64,000 bases of DNA, taken from positions 160,001 through 224,000 of the forward strand of contig CAVPRW010000031.1 in assembly GCA_963707985.1 (NCBI GenBank), given 5' to 3'. The position numbers and the translations under genes were made by a program. The DNA comes from an uncultured Nitrospinota bacterium (GTDB lineage: Bacteria; Tectomicrobia; Entotheonellia; J063; CAVPRW01). This document shows positions 63,006-64,000 of the stretch, one piece after another. How positions within the stretch are numbered: the stretch's first letter is position 1; every line of letters begins with the position of its first letter. The notes under the pieces were generated by a model. That model searched no databases. It was not told where the DNA came from and was given only the letters and a program-made list of their open reading frames with translations.

Positions 63006-64000
63006 ATGACGCAGTCACAGCAACCGCATCGACCGCAGGTGCTGATCATCGGCCTCGATGGGGCGACATTTGACCTCATCAAACCATGGGTGGCCACTGG
63101 GCAGCTTCCTACCTTCAAACATCTGATGGATACAGGGACTCGGGGAAACCTGGAATCGACCATTCCCCCCATCACGCCGCCGGCCTGGACCTCATTCATG
63201 ACCGGGATGAATCCGGGCAAACACGGCGTATTTAATTTCACTGAATATCATCCTGCCGATCATTCCATCCGCTACGCCAATGCCTCAAACCGCAAGATCC
63301 CCAGCATTTGGCAGTTGCTATGCTCCCAGGGGCGGAGCGTCGGAGTGTTTAATGTACCGATGACCTATCCACCAGAAGAGGTGAATGGGTTTTGCATCTC
63401 AGGGTTAGACACCCCCGATAAGGATTCTGACTTTGTGTATCCGCGCTGGCTCAAGCAGGAGATCGAGCATAGCGTTGGTGAGCTCTATCTTGATCCCCGA
63501 CATCTGGGGTTCATGACAACGGATAACAGACGTGACAAGATTCTCGAATCCCTGGTCAGGATTGAGAATCGTCGGACGCAAATCACGGCGTATCTCCTCA
63601 AGAAGTATCCGGTCGATGTCATGATGCTGGTCTACACGGCCACGGATACCGTGCAACACTTCTTTTGGAACTATATGGACCCAACGCATCCCAGTTACGA
63701 TCCAAGCGGGGCAGAGAAGTATGGCGACGCGATTCTCAAGATCTACCGTGCCCTCGATACCGATATCGCGACCTTGTTGGACGCCATACCTCCAGAGTGC
63801 ACGGTGATCGTGCTGTCCGATCATGGCGGGGGTCCGGTTTCAGGAAAAATCATCCACCTCAATCAATACCTGCACGAGTTGGGATTGCTCGCCTACAAAA
63901 ACGGCTCCGCTGGGTCACCAAAGCGGCTGCTGCACCGGGGCATCGGTGGTCTCGATGGCTATCTGCGTGGCATGCTATCGCCGCGTCAGAAAACCGCCAT
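63006..64000 (+). CDS. Alkaline-phosphatase-superfamily (type I phosphodiesterase/NPP) protein, runs off the window
   Basis: Manual translation VLIIGLDGATFDLI..STIPPITPPAWTSFMTGMNPGKHGVF..SDHG. Confidence 0.88.
   Translation, partial: MTQSQQPHRPQVLIIGLDGATFDLIKPWVATGQLPTFKHLMDTGTRGNLESTIPPITPPAWTSFMTGMNPGKHGVFNFTEYHPADHSIRYANASNRKIPSIWQLLCSQGRSVGVFNVPMTYPPEEVNGFCISGLDTPDKDSDFVYPRWLKQEIEHSVGELYLDPRHLGFMTTDNRRDKILESLVRIENRRTQITAYLLKKYPVDVMMLVYTATDTVQHFFWNYMDPTHPSYDPSGAEKYGDAILKIYRALDTDIATLLDAIPPECTVIVLSDHGGGPVSGKIIHLNQYLHELGLLAYKNGSAGSPKRLLHRGIGGLDGYLRGMLSPRQKTA

Overview
GC-rich bacterial chromosomal window. Many otherwise intact genes carry single-base frameshifts, which suggests a long-read or metagenomic assembly. 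0-7.4 kb: sulfur-relay cluster (JAB protease end, TusA, MoeB/ThiF, rhodanese relic, Rrf2, DUF62), a DUF35-thiolase pair and glutamine-dependent nadE. 7.3-17 kb: pbpC, alpha-2-macroglobulin, a small sigma54-preceded ORF and a YcbK peptidase. 17-25.5 kb: core yceD-rpmF-plsX-fabD-fabG-acpP-fabF-rnc-ftsY operon. 25.7-32 kb: hydantoinase A-like gene and a Rieske/ATP-grasp/NfuA operon. 32-56 kb is accessory: IS relics; a ~900-bp inverted duplication (34088-34986 / 44956-45856) that separates an intact sigma54 activator from an intact downstream cluster of exported proteins; an ECF/anti-sigma/Spy module; a pair of divergent fold-III PLP enzymes; and a run of pseudogenes. 56-64 kb: sigma54 two-component pair, then a ~930-nt highly base-paired non-coding leader ahead of a GT2-GT4 fusion glycosyltransferase whose linker carries Arg-rich (D/E)RR repeats, then an alkaline-phosphatase-family gene. 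The best novelty candidates are this leader/glycosyltransferase module, the potentially invertible sigma54 surface-protein locus, and the PLP enzyme pair in which one copy lacks the cofactor lysine.
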